DNA from: Candidatus Poribacteria bacterium
GTDB lineage: Bacteria > Poribacteria > WGA-4E > PCPOR2b
NCBI GenBank assembly: GCA_965116925.1
Contig: OZ220744.1
Location: forward strand, 5,920,001 to 5,984,000
DNA length: 64,000 nucleotides
Direction: 5' to 3'
Shown here in pieces: positions 40,023-49,977 of the stretch (positions are counted from its first letter, which is position 1; each line of letters begins with the position of its first letter). Both the position numbers and the translations under genes were made by a program. The notes beneath the pieces were generated by a model. That model had not been told where the DNA came from. It did no database searches and was given only the letters and a program-made list of their open reading frames with translations.

Positions 40023-40731
40023 CGTTATCTCCCACAAAGCTATGGAAAACCAAACCGAGATAGTTGCCTTGATATTCAGGCGTTGAAAGGTCAATCCAAT
40101 ATTTGCCCTTCCCATTTGAAAGGGAAACTCGATCGGTGAGTACCGTGTACTGTGAAAATGTTGGACGTCGGTTTTGACTGTAATCCAAATAGCGAGGCAT
40201 TAGAACCGATACACCGCGCCCAATTCGGGGCCCCATCTCATGCGGCATAATCGTATGTTCAAAGTAGGCAGCCTCGTTCTGCTGCAATTCAATAACGTTG
40301 ACTGCTGTGTAGGTGAACAGGTCCTGCGATCTGCCCAACGAAACCGCATAGCGCGGACTTCGGAATGCTGACTCCCATTCCGGACGGTTGATGTAGAGCG
40401 TGAGACGCGGCTGAAAGATTAACTCCCGTTCAAAGGGATTCACCCTGCCCTCAAGTGCGTTAGGAATTTGAGTGCCCGGCAACTTGCTACGGCTAGAACT
40501 GGATGGCGTCAATACAATGATGTGTTCAATATCCCGAACGTGCCCTTGATGGGTGAAATGGTAAGCGAATTGAACCCCACTTGGATCGAACCATTCCCCC
40601 AACGCACTACAGATATGCCCGTAAATGGTTGCCGGGGGCGGCATCTGAAAGCTGGGGTGAATCTGTTGCATAAAGTGAGGATAGCGGAAAGAAGTGGTAA
40701 GTCCTTCCGCAACGACTTTGAGGACTTTCAT
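40006..40731 (-). CDS. cas5: Cas5 (type I-B)
   Basis: TSFRYP, PPPATIYG, LGRSQD. Confidence 0.93.
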   Translation of the reverse strand: MKVLKVVAEGLTTSFRYPHFMQQIHPSFQMPPPATIYGHICSALGEWFDPSGVQFAYHFTHQGHVRDIEHIIVLTPSSSSRSKLPGTQIPNALEGRVNPFERELIFQPRLTLYINRPEWESAFRSPRYAVSLGRSQDLFTYTAVNVIELQQNEAAYFEHTIMPHEMGPRIGRGVSVLMPRYLDYSQNRRPTFSQYTVLTDRVSLSNGKGKYWIDLSTPEYQGNYLGLVFHSFVGDNDATFN

Positions 40732-40796
40732 AGAGACCTCCCAATTTAAGGATGAGAAACCGAGCTTTTCCAAAAAACTCGGTTTCTTCTCCGTTA

Positions 40797-41885
40797 TCAA
40801 TCCAACCAATTCGCATTTTCTGATTTTTGTAAATCTTCAGCGAAAGCCTTAAATGCGTCCCGTGGATGATTTACCCTTATGTTTGCCCCACAACTTGCCA
40901 AACCGGGGGGATCGCTTAATGCCTCCTCAAACTTAGCTCGTTCTTGGTCGAGATAACCTTTAGTCCAACCGACATAAATATCCGAGAGAATATCGTCCTT
41001 GAAAACCGTCAGTGTCTCGGCAAGTGCATCAATCTTCAGCTCCGGTTCATCCCGCTGATTTGGTCCGATGACATGACCGAAAATGTGATTGCCTCCTTTG
41101 GTCACCGCCAAGATTGTCAACGCCGGACTCACATCTGTGTAATGTAGCGATTGTTTCGCGCCACCTTCGAGGTGTGCGAGTCCGTCCAAAAGCGTACTGA
41201 TACGTTGAACGCGTGCTTCGTATGGGAGTCGGTAGGATTTTTCATCTTCGAGGTGTTCAAGATCCTGTGTTTGTGCCAGTCCAATCCGCACGTCATCAAG
41301 GTTTCGGTAGCCTGTTTTATTTCGGTAGGAGAATGTGCCCACGGCATGTAAATCGAGCGATAGAAGCCCTTTGAGGGTTGCACGATAGAATTGGTGTTCA
41401 TGAGGTACAGGGTCACCTTCATGACGTGACATTGTGCCAAAATCCTCGGTAACATTTGTTGGCGCGATGGAAACCAATGTACTCACGCGAAATGGCGATA
41501 CACGAGTAACCGTATCCGTGGTTTCAGTTTCGTTTGCCCGCGATTCATCTGCTTCCCGCTTCTCTTTAGCAGATGTCCTTTTAGACGGCGCACGCATATA
41601 ACCGAAAAGATCGTCGTCCCACCACTCAATTGGATTGGCGTCGGTATAAGCAACTTTTTCCTCTCGGTAGATTGGAGCGGGAGCCCAACCTTGTCCACCA
41701 TTTTCAAGGGTTGTACGCAGCCAATAACGAAATGACTGCGCTGATACATAGGGATAAGCACCCTGCTTCGTGCGAATCATCTTGACTCCCACGGTGTTAT
41801 CGGTGCGAGCACCAGGAATGCTTCCGAGATTATTAAGTGCAGATGCCGGTGCATCAATAAGCATCAAACCTGTTGCAAATGCCAT
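40797..41885 (-). CDS. cas7: Cas7 (Cst2/DevR, type I-B)
   Basis: YVSAQSFRYWLR, DDDLFGYM, TRVSPF. Confidence 0.93.
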   Translation of the reverse strand: MAFATGLMLIDAPASALNNLGSIPGARTDNTVGVKMIRTKQGAYPYVSAQSFRYWLRTTLENGGQGWAPAPIYREEKVAYTDANPIEWWDDDLFGYMRAPSKRTSAKEKREADESRANETETTDTVTRVSPFRVSTLVSIAPTNVTEDFGTMSRHEGDPVPHEHQFYRATLKGLLSLDLHAVGTFSYRNKTGYRNLDDVRIGLAQTQDLEHLEDEKSYRLPYEARVQRISTLLDGLAHLEGGAKQSLHYTDVSPALTILAVTKGGNHIFGHVIGPNQRDEPELKIDALAETLTVFKDDILSDIYVGWTKGYLDQERAKFEEALSDPPGLASCGANIRVNHPRDAFKAFAEDLQKSENANWLD

Positions 41886-41918
41886 GATATAAACCTCCTT
41901 GCAATTTGTGATAATTCG

Positions 41919-43415
41919 TTAGCTGTTTTCATCCTCGTTCTCTTGAGCGGTTTCTTCAACCAGATCAGGATTTTCGCCCAACCAGCCTTTCTCATGTAAC
42001 TGTTCAACCATCCGGATGAACACCAAGTCACGCGCCAGCCACCAGTCTGGACGTTCTAATCCGTACCCCTCTTCAAAAACTTCAATATATGGGTCAAGTT
42101 TGATAATCGGTGGATTACCACGGTTGACATGCTCCAGATTGGCACGGATTAGTAATCTACGTACGTCACTGGACCTACGTTGATGAAAAAAATCACGGAA
42201 GAAACGACGATCATTCTGACTACTGACATAATTCGCCAGTTGGTCGCCCATCTTGCGAATCTCCTCAATTCGTTCCTTTTCCATGTGAAATACCCTCCTT
42301 AAAAAAGATGCGATGATATTCCATGACACCAAATTCATCTCGTGTGTTAGTCCGTAGTTTCCCCGTGGGTCACCTTGGTTGACGCGACCGTAGCGGGACC
42401 GGCGACGCAAAAAGTAGGTCCGTAAAAATGCCTTTGCTCTGTCCGGCAAAAGAAACAAACCATCGTACAATCCTAAGACATCTTCATAAAGCCAATTTCG
42501 ACGCGGTTGGAATGGCTTATTATCTTTTTTTCGTTTATTTTGGGGTTCAGTCTCCCATGCACGATTGACGATTCCATTCCATTGTGTACGGTAATCTGCG
42601 CTCTGCATTTCACGCAGAAATCCAATAATTTGAAGCGGTAAGTGATAGATGTCCAAACCGACGCCCTGCCCGCTGTTTGTCAGGTGATATGCTGTGAGTG
42701 AGAAAGGCTCCTCATCTTGAAGCTCCTCCCGCTGTCTAATATCACCTTGAAGGAGTGTGTTAATTAGCAGTGTGCCGCGAGAGTTATGTGGTTCCTCTAT
42801 TTTCTTGCTGCCTGCTGCTTGGGCGAGAGCAATTGCTCTCTGATTTCCTTCTAGAAACGATCGGGCAAAATATAGCATAAGGTCTGGATTATCTGAATGC
42901 ACCGCAAGCAGGCGTCCTGCGGACTTTGCACATCCAAGTGGAAATGCCTGAATAGCGAGCAGTGCTTCACCTGAAACGGGTAAGCCTGCCTCACCATAGG
43001 CGTGGAAGTTGATAACATTTTCACCGGTGAGCAGTGGGATGTGTTGGCGAAAAGCGCGTCCCTGTGGCAGGGTCTCTTTTTCTCCAAATGCGATATTAAC
43101 GGCTGGCTTGCCTGTGAAAACACACACCTCATCATCAAGCAGGGGGGTATCATCGCTATAATTCCGCAGTACACGGGTTGCATACGCTGAACGCTTTTCG
43201 GGCGTTTTATTGTATGCTGGTTGCGTAAAGCCTGAATTTGGAAAAGCGACTGTCAAAAACGACTTGAGTGGGTCTCGGACGTATTCACGAGTGATATAGT
43301 CCGCAACTTCGTCAAGGTCAGTTTCTGTCAATTCATCAGGGTTTCGCTTGTCCACAAAAGCGGTAATTGTTGCAATTCCCACATCAACAAGTGGGTGTCC
43401 TGTGTATTTGAGCAT
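41919..43415 (-). CDS. cas8: Cas8 large subunit (Cas8b1/Cst1-like)
   Basis: YTGHPLVDVG, FPNS, RQHIPLLTG..INF; position upstream of cas7. Confidence 0.88.
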   Translation of the reverse strand: MLKYTGHPLVDVGIATITAFVDKRNPDELTETDLDEVADYITREYVRDPLKSFLTVAFPNSGFTQPAYNKTPEKRSAYATRVLRNYSDDTPLLDDEVCVFTGKPAVNIAFGEKETLPQGRAFRQHIPLLTGENVINFHAYGEAGLPVSGEALLAIQAFPLGCAKSAGRLLAVHSDNPDLMLYFARSFLEGNQRAIALAQAAGSKKIEEPHNSRGTLLINTLLQGDIRQREELQDEEPFSLTAYHLTNSGQGVGLDIYHLPLQIIGFLREMQSADYRTQWNGIVNRAWETEPQNKRKKDNKPFQPRRNWLYEDVLGLYDGLFLLPDRAKAFLRTYFLRRRSRYGRVNQGDPRGNYGLTHEMNLVSWNIIASFLRRVFHMEKERIEEIRKMGDQLANYVSSQNDRRFFRDFFHQRRSSDVRRLLIRANLEHVNRGNPPIIKLDPYIEVFEEGYGLERPDWWLARDLVFIRMVEQLHEKGWLGENPDLVEETAQENEDENS

Positions 43416-43703
43416 TCTACTTTAGTCTCCTTTCTTTTAAAACGGTAATTATATCCCCGATTCCCGTCAGAACATGTCGGTGATCGGAAAATAGTGTAAT
43501 TTTTTAAGGATCTACCACATTTTTTTTTTCCTTCTCTTATCCATTCGATACTTCCCCAGGTCAAATGTTATCAGCCTAAACACTGTAGGCAACGATTTTC
43601 TTACATTGCAAAACGGCACCAATTCTAATAAAATAGATACGTGACGATATGGGACACTATATTTTATAGCTGCCTATCCAATATCAGAGGAGTGTACCGT
43701 CCT

Positions 43704-43949
43704 ATGAAAGTGATCGAGTATATCGCAGAAGTATTACCCAACGGTTCTCTCGCACTGCCTGACGACATCCGAAAAGCGTTGGGATCGCAAACGCAAGTCA
43801 AAGTGACGTTAGCAGTGGAAACACCTTCGACCCCTGACCTCCAGAAGGGTTGGCAAATTTTCAAAGATCTTGGAAAAGATGCGGTTGCTGGGAAGCTGTC
43901 CAACACTTCGATAAATCATGACGAATACCTCTACGGTACACGGAAATGA
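43704..43949 (+). CDS. AbrB/VapB-like antitoxin (orphan)
   Basis: AEVLPNGSLALPDDIRKALG, C-terminal SINHDEYLYG; GAGGAG RBS and TTGCAA-17-TAAAAT promoter at 43606-43634. Confidence 0.72.
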   Translation: MKVIEYIAEVLPNGSLALPDDIRKALGSQTQVKVTLAVETPSTPDLQKGWQIFKDLGKDAVAGKLSNTSINHDEYLYGTRK

Positions 43950-44236
43950 GCACCTCCTCTTTATAGGTCGGGTTTTCATACTCGATACCTATCAGAAATA
44001 ACCCAATAAACGACACACATGTCGCCCCTCTGGGGCTTTAGGATATGGAATTTCGGAATTGCTATACACATATCGCCCCGCTGGGGCTTTGGAGGCGGAG
44101 CAAGTTGAAAATCCCGATCGTATCGGGGATACCCGACCTACGCATATCGGGAGTTGACTTTTATCACGCTGCACGTAACTAGCAGCTTACGTTAAAATAG
44201 CGATCACAAGGGTTGTCCTTACCTTATCTCTAGGCT

Positions 44237-45175
44237 TTATTCAATCCGATATTTCCCCAACCCAAACGTTGCGTTTTTGCCGACGTGCAGAAACCTGCCC
44301 AACGCCGCGAATGGCATGAACGCCGCCAAATCGCCGTTATAGGTTACACACCCAACCAGTCCTCCGAGCTGCATCTTCTGATTCTGTCGTGAGGAGTAGC
44401 GTGTCCAGTCCTTCCATCGCAGGCTGCTCTGGACGGTTTGGATCGTTTCCGCCTGTGCGATGAGTCCCTTGAAATCGAGATCCAACGATTCGCCACAGTG
44501 GAAATATGCCAACGCCGAGATTCGCCCGATCAGTCGTCGCCAGAAGAGGTGGAACGGGAGTTGATCCGTTATTTGCCCCTTATGTGTGATCCGCGTGGGG
44601 GTGAGCAGGTGCACGGTCAACTGGTCGGTCGGTAGTGATGCTGCTTCGCCCTGAATCTCGTCGAAGCTGAGTGTGTTATTAAGGTTCTGTATCATCTGGG
44701 TTTCGCCATCGTAGACTGATTCGCCGTCCTCGGTCTGGACGTGGGTCAGTTGGAACCGTCCGCGTCCCTTGCCGATGCCGATCTCGCCTAGTTCGCGGAA
44801 GCTAACCAGAAAATAGGGGAGGTAGTCGATGGCGCGTCCGATCAGGGTCAGACGGAACACAAACGATTCTCCTCGCCGGTATTCGCCTCGTGTACTTAGG
44901 GGGTCGATCACGAAGGGTCTAGGCACGTCCCCATACGTCCTTAATTGTTGCGCGCCCTCGAATGGGGCGGTCTCGAAGATGTAGGGGTATGGGCACACGG
45001 CTTTGAGTGTGCAATCTCGGCAGTCAATTGGTCCTTGGGTACAGACCATCTTTCGGAAGGCGTGTCCGAATCCGCCGCGGAGTGTGGAACCGGCGTAGGG
45101 TGGCATCACAATTTTTGAGAGCGCGGTTAGGATTATATGGTAGCGTGCGATTCGGAAGTTCTGTAGTGGGTTCAT
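44237..45175 (-). CDS. cas6: Cas6
   Basis: GSTLRGGFG, PRPFV, C-terminal HVGKNATFGLG. Confidence 0.95.
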   Translation of the reverse strand: MNPLQNFRIARYHIILTALSKIVMPPYAGSTLRGGFGHAFRKMVCTQGPIDCRDCTLKAVCPYPYIFETAPFEGAQQLRTYGDVPRPFVIDPLSTRGEYRRGESFVFRLTLIGRAIDYLPYFLVSFRELGEIGIGKGRGRFQLTHVQTEDGESVYDGETQMIQNLNNTLSFDEIQGEAASLPTDQLTVHLLTPTRITHKGQITDQLPFHLFWRRLIGRISALAYFHCGESLDLDFKGLIAQAETIQTVQSSLRWKDWTRYSSRQNQKMQLGGLVGCVTYNGDLAAFMPFAALGRFLHVGKNATFGLGKYRIE

Positions 45176-45345
45176 TGGTGTTTCCTTTTCTCATATAGCC
45201 CGCTTTTCATCGCGGTATGTAAGGGATGATGAGGAAAGCCTCAGAAACCGAGTTTTTCGGAAATGGGCGGGGAAACCCCGCCCCTACGGTTTCTGGGTAT
45301 AATCGGGAGTCATTATACCATCCGAGAGTGCAATATATACGCACT

Positions 45346-46317
45346 TTACTTTTTATTGTAAATTTGCTGCATTTTTTTAATTTCCGCCTTGATCTCATGG
45401 CGGAGGCTTTCGGGTTCAACGACTTCTGCATGTGATCCGTAGCCCATCACCCACCGCTTCACTTCGCCCAACCCACCGACTCTCAGACGGAGTATCAGTT
45501 CACCGGAAGGCAGCTCCTCGATCTGTTGGCTGGGGTGCCATTCGCGTTCCCTGATCCAGCGTGCCTGATATTCGTCAAATTTGATGACGATATTTTCGGG
45601 TTCTGTCGCCCGTTCAGCGAGAAACCCAGCCTCTAAGTAGGCATTGAGTGAAAAATCCGGGGGGACTTGGAAAGAGGATAGTAGGTGTTTATACGCTTTG
45701 ATGCGGCTGGTGAGAAAGTCCCGGGGTTCGCGTCGGGTATGACAATAGGCGATTAAATACCAATCACCCTGAATGTTATGGAGATGGTATGGATCAACAA
45801 TGCGTGTGCTTGTTTGACCGCTACTCGCTGAATAGTACTCTATTTCAATTGAGTATCTTGAAAGGATAGCCTCGTTGAGTTCAAGCAGTAATTCTGGATC
45901 AACTATCGCTCTGCCGCCGCCTGTGAAGGTAAACGCAGCGGTTTTCCTTTGTGCATCGTAGCTTACACTCTCTGGCAGATGTTGTTTTATCTTATCGAGT
46001 GCGAGTCGAAGCGGCGTTTCAAAAGGAGTGCCCAGATACCGTCTAAATAATTCTTCTCCCAGAAAAAAAGCGGTAATTTCTTCGCTTGTCAGCATTATTG
46101 CAGGAAGGAAATAGGTGGGATCCGTGTAGTACCAACCGTTTCTGGTTCTGTCATATTTGATAGGCGCGCCAAAGCGGTTTATCAGAAATTTCCTATCTTC
46201 GTAGGCGATTCGGGTGCTGCGGAGTTCAAAGTGTGCCTGGACTGTATGGGCGTTTGGATACCTTTCTCTTTGAATCTGATCATCAATCCAGTAAATTCTT
46301 TCCAGCTTGGTAGACAT
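45346..46317 (-). CDS. HTH-WYL-WCX transcriptional regulator
   Basis: N-terminal wHTH, RIVDPYHL, WYLIAYC, R.F..SRI, WHPSQ. Confidence 0.95.
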   Translation of the reverse strand: MSTKLERIYWIDDQIQRERYPNAHTVQAHFELRSTRIAYEDRKFLINRFGAPIKYDRTRNGWYYTDPTYFLPAIMLTSEEITAFFLGEELFRRYLGTPFETPLRLALDKIKQHLPESVSYDAQRKTAAFTFTGGGRAIVDPELLLELNEAILSRYSIEIEYYSASSGQTSTRIVDPYHLHNIQGDWYLIAYCHTRREPRDFLTSRIKAYKHLLSSFQVPPDFSLNAYLEAGFLAERATEPENIVIKFDEYQARWIREREWHPSQQIEELPSGELILRLRVGGLGEVKRWVMGYGSHAEVVEPESLRHEIKAEIKKMQQIYNKK

Positions 46318-46779
46318 TTGGTGTGATTTCCTTTCGCCTTAGTAGGGATTTACTCATGATATACACATGGTGCCCCACTGGGGCTAAAAAACTTGGGATG
46401 TCCTTGGTGCTATACACATATCACACCTCTGGGGCTATGTTGTTTCATTGGTGTTGGGTTTTACTGTCGTTCAACCCAACCTACGAGAATTACTGTTATA
46501 TACAAAAAGGTTACGGCATACGGAGTATGCCTACTACTTTGTAAGATCGGGATTCCATGTCTTAAAAGATACAGGATAGACCAACCATAGTGCAAATTTA
46601 AAAATGGCAGTTTGAAACTAATAGTTTGACTCTGCAAAAAATAACTTGGTTCATATAAAAAGAAGGTGTAAAGCGTGAAGAGAAACCGAGTTTTTTCTTC
46701 AAAACTCGGTTTCTGTGTTGGAGATTGTTTGAAACGGTTCGGTGGGAGGCGAAATTACTGAGAGAGGTAAGGGTGGGTA

Positions 46780-47292
46780 TTAAGCGTTGCTCCAATCATA
46801 TTCGTGAACGACCTGCTCTCCCGTACCAATTTCGTTGAGTTCGAGAAGGTTGCCATCCGGATCATAAAAGAAAAGCACATGCCATTCACCTTCACCGGCG
46901 AAACGGACGGGTGGCGAGACAAATTCTACGCCCGCCGCCTTCAACCGTTCATAGGTGGCTGGGACATCTTCGACGGCAAAGCAGATATGTGCACTCGGTA
47001 CGTGGTTGATGGGGTAGCGTTGGGCAGGGCTGGTGGGATTGAGCCATTGGATAAGATCCAGTGTGAAGCCCGGTCCTTCATTTCGGGTGTGGCCATGGAT
47101 CCCATCGGGTGCACGGAGCCGGTATTCGCGCATGTGTACCTTGGGGATTGCAACCATTTCGGAGATTGGACCGTCGTTGTGTTCTTCAGGGGAGACAACT
47201 TCTAGCCCCAGTAAGTCGCGATAGAAGTGGAGTGACTTCTCCAGATCGCTGACCATGACTGCAACGTGGTCGATTTTAATCGTAGCATTCAT
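46780..47292 (-). CDS. VOC/glyoxalase-family protein
   Basis: IDHVAVMVSDLEKSLHFY, HICFAVED, DPDGNLLEL. Confidence 0.92.
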   Translation of the reverse strand: MNATIKIDHVAVMVSDLEKSLHFYRDLLGLEVVSPEEHNDGPISEMVAIPKVHMREYRLRAPDGIHGHTRNEGPGFTLDLIQWLNPTSPAQRYPINHVPSAHICFAVEDVPATYERLKAAGVEFVSPPVRFAGEGEWHVLFFYDPDGNLLELNEIGTGEQVVHEYDWSNA

Positions 47293-47525
47293 AGGGTTGT
47301 TCCTTTCTAATCTGTGTTTAGATTTCTTGTCTCTAGTAGATACGCAAAAGTGAGTCTGAGTCTACAGGTTTAACTGACTGATTAACGCATCCGTAATTAG
47401 CAGTTCAATCGGTGAGTTATCCACAATTACCTGGCAAAATCTAACAAAATCTAACACTTTTGACAAAAATTCTGTCAAATCCCGGTTGTAGGAAACGACG
47501 ATACACCCTAACGACTCAGATTAGA

Positions 47526-48272
47526 CTATTTCGTCGTATATCCACCGTCGACTGTCATCACGGAGCCTGTGACATATGACGACTCATCGCTTGCCAAGAA
47601 TAGGGCGGCGGAGGCGACTTCTATCGGTTCTGCAAAACGACCAAACAGATTCGCCTTGCGATACGGTGCGAGATGTTCCTCTGGGATGTTTGCTGCCATC
47701 GGTGTGTTCATAGATCCGGGACAGATTGCGTTGCCCCGGATATGTTCTTCGGCATGGTCACACGCCATGGCTCTGACTAGTCCGATGATGCCGTGCTTAG
47801 AGGCATTGTAGGACGCCTGATTTGGCTGTCCGACGAGACCTGAAATGGACGAGATACAGATAATGCTCCCACCTCCCTGACGGCGCATCCGTGGGATAGC
47901 AGCCCTTGAACACAGGAAGGTGCCTTTGAGGTTCACCCCCAGCACGTAATCCCACTCCTCTTCGGTGGTGTCGGGGACGTTCTTCTCAACCTGTACCCCT
48001 GCATTATTGACTAAGACATCGACGCCGCCGTAGGTATCAACGGCTGCAGCAATCATGCGCTCTGCGTCGTCCCCCTTGGAAACATCCGCCCGGACAAAAA
48101 TCGCGTCGCCGCCTTCCTTGCGGATAGCGTCCACTGTTTCCTCTCCAGCCTCCCTGTTGATGTCGGGAACGACAATTTTGGCACCTTCGCGGCTGAATAG
48201 CAGCCCCATCGCTTGACCTAACCCCATACCTGAGCCGGTAATGACGGCAACTTTATCCTTCAGTCGTGACAT
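47526..48272 (-). CDS. SDR oxidoreductase
   Basis: TGSGMGLG, NNAG, YNASK. Confidence 0.95.
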   Translation of the reverse strand: MSRLKDKVAVITGSGMGLGQAMGLLFSREGAKIVVPDINREAGEETVDAIRKEGGDAIFVRADVSKGDDAERMIAAAVDTYGGVDVLVNNAGVQVEKNVPDTTEEEWDYVLGVNLKGTFLCSRAAIPRMRRQGGGSIICISSISGLVGQPNQASYNASKHGIIGLVRAMACDHAEEHIRGNAICPGSMNTPMAANIPEEHLAPYRKANLFGRFAEPIEVASAALFLASDESSYVTGSVMTVDGGYTTK

Positions 48273-48378
48273 CGGCTTCTACCTCCTCTCTGTTCAAAAA
48301 TAGTTCATGTAAAAGGAAAGTGTGAATTACGAAGAGAAACCGAGTTTTGAAGAAAAAACTCGGTTTCTGTTTCATGAT

Positions 48379-49923
48379 TTAGAAGTTTGGGAACGTCAAG
48401 GGTTGGTCGGTGAAGACCTTTCCATCGGTTGTTGAGACCTCCTCCACGATTGGCTTGAAGCCCATCCCATCTAGCACATCGCGTTGGATGTCAATTCCCG
48501 GCGCAACTTCCTTTAGCTCGACGCCACGATTTGTCAGTTGGAAGGTCGCGCGCTCGGTAACGTACAACACCTCCTGCCCTGTTTCGCGGGCGTATCTGCC
48601 GCTGAAGGTAATCTGCTCAACCTGTTCGACGAACTTGGGGATCGTACCTTCCTTAACGACCTTGACCCCCCCATCTTGAATCTCGACCTCTGACTTCACG
48701 GCAAGGGTGCCGCAGAAGACCACCTTCTTCGCATTCTGGGAGATGTCGATGAAACCGCCGCAGCCGGGGATGCGACTGCCAAATTTGCTGACGTTCACGT
48801 TGCCGTGCCCGTCTACTTGGGCGTGCGAGAGGAACGCAATGTCGATCCCGCCGCCCTGATATGAGTCGAACTGATAGGGCTGATCCAATATTACCATCGG
48901 ATAGTACATCGCACCGGAATCGAGTCCGCCTGCGGGAATACCGCCCAAGCTGCCCTGTTCGATGCTGAGGGTGATCTGATCCTCGATCCCGCTCTCTTCG
49001 GCGATCATCCCGACACCGAAGGGCATACCGAATCCGAGGTTCACAACAGCATTCGGACGTAGTTCCAACGCCGCCCGTTTGACAATGACTTTGCGCTCAT
49101 CGAGCGAGAGCCTCCCCATACTCAGATCGCCTTCGCGAGCCTCGCCGCACAGTGCTGGATCAAAGTCGATCTGGTAGGTCTGTTTCTGATCTGGGGCAAG
49201 CACAAGGGCATCGACAAGGGTGCCGGGTATCTTGACCATACGGGGATCGATGCCACGTTTTCCAACCATGCGCTTAACCTGTGCGATGACCTTTCCCCCG
49301 GAGTTCCGAGCGGCTTGTGCATCCGAAAGCATTTCAAAGTAGGCTGCCTCATCCTCCATTGAAATATTCCCATCGGGATCGGCGGTGGTGCCGCGGATGA
49401 AGGCGACATTGACGGGGAAGCTGTGGTACATAAGATACTCCTTGCCCCGCAATGTGACCACTTCGACCAGATCTTCTGTTGCGCGTGTGTTGAGTTTGCC
49501 GCCTTCGATTCGGGGGTCTGCAAATGTGTGCAAGCCGACATGGGTAATGTATCCGGGCGCACCGGCAGCGATGCTCCGCATCAAGCACGACAATGCACCC
49601 TGCGGGAGGTTGTACGCCTCAGTTTTGTTTTCGATAGCGAGTTTTGCCATCGGTGGTGACATCCCCCAATGTCCGCCGATGTCCCGTTTAATTAGGCGTG
49701 GATCGGCGAGGTGTCCCAAGCCGAGTTGCCCCTGATCTCCCATCCCGCTGATGTGAACAACGGTCAGGTCGCGCGGCTGAAGCGTTGACCGGAATCGTTT
49801 CCCCAACGCCTCAATAAGTTTTTCGGGGATGGCGTGTCCTGCGCCGCTTCCCCCGATAACGAGGGTATCCCCACTTTGTACCATCTGCACAGCTTCTTCT
49901 GCGGTGATAATCGGTTTTATCAT
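48379..49923 (-). CDS. Acyl-CoA:acetate/propionate CoA-transferase (YdiF/Pct-like)
   Basis: VGLHTFADPR, VNLGFG, EQG, GNVNVS, GGFIDISQ, YVTERA. Confidence 0.93.
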   Translation of the reverse strand: MIKPIITAEEAVQMVQSGDTLVIGGSGAGHAIPEKLIEALGKRFRSTLQPRDLTVVHISGMGDQGQLGLGHLADPRLIKRDIGGHWGMSPPMAKLAIENKTEAYNLPQGALSCLMRSIAAGAPGYITHVGLHTFADPRIEGGKLNTRATEDLVEVVTLRGKEYLMYHSFPVNVAFIRGTTADPDGNISMEDEAAYFEMLSDAQAARNSGGKVIAQVKRMVGKRGIDPRMVKIPGTLVDALVLAPDQKQTYQIDFDPALCGEAREGDLSMGRLSLDERKVIVKRAALELRPNAVVNLGFGMPFGVGMIAEESGIEDQITLSIEQGSLGGIPAGGLDSGAMYYPMVILDQPYQFDSYQGGGIDIAFLSHAQVDGHGNVNVSKFGSRIPGCGGFIDISQNAKKVVFCGTLAVKSEVEIQDGGVKVVKEGTIPKFVEQVEQITFSGRYARETGQEVLYVTERATFQLTNRGVELKEVAPGIDIQRDVLDGMGFKPIVEEVSTTDGKVFTDQPLTFPNF

Positions 49924-49977
49924 TTATTGACTCCTGATAGCCAGGGTTAATCAAAATTTTCTATCGTTTGCTTGCTA

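Noticed and set aside
40732..40809. N-terminal extension of Cas5
   Set aside because: Translates the REP palindrome; GGAGG RBS supports the ATG at 40731
43420..43455. Possible degenerate CRISPR repeat (creA/creR-like) upstream of cas8: CTTTAGTCTCCTTT resembles CTTTCAGTCCCCTTT
   Set aside because: The match coincides with the cas8 Shine-Dalgarno, the stem is absent, and no second pseudo-repeat at spacer distance was found; only small-RNA data could rescue it
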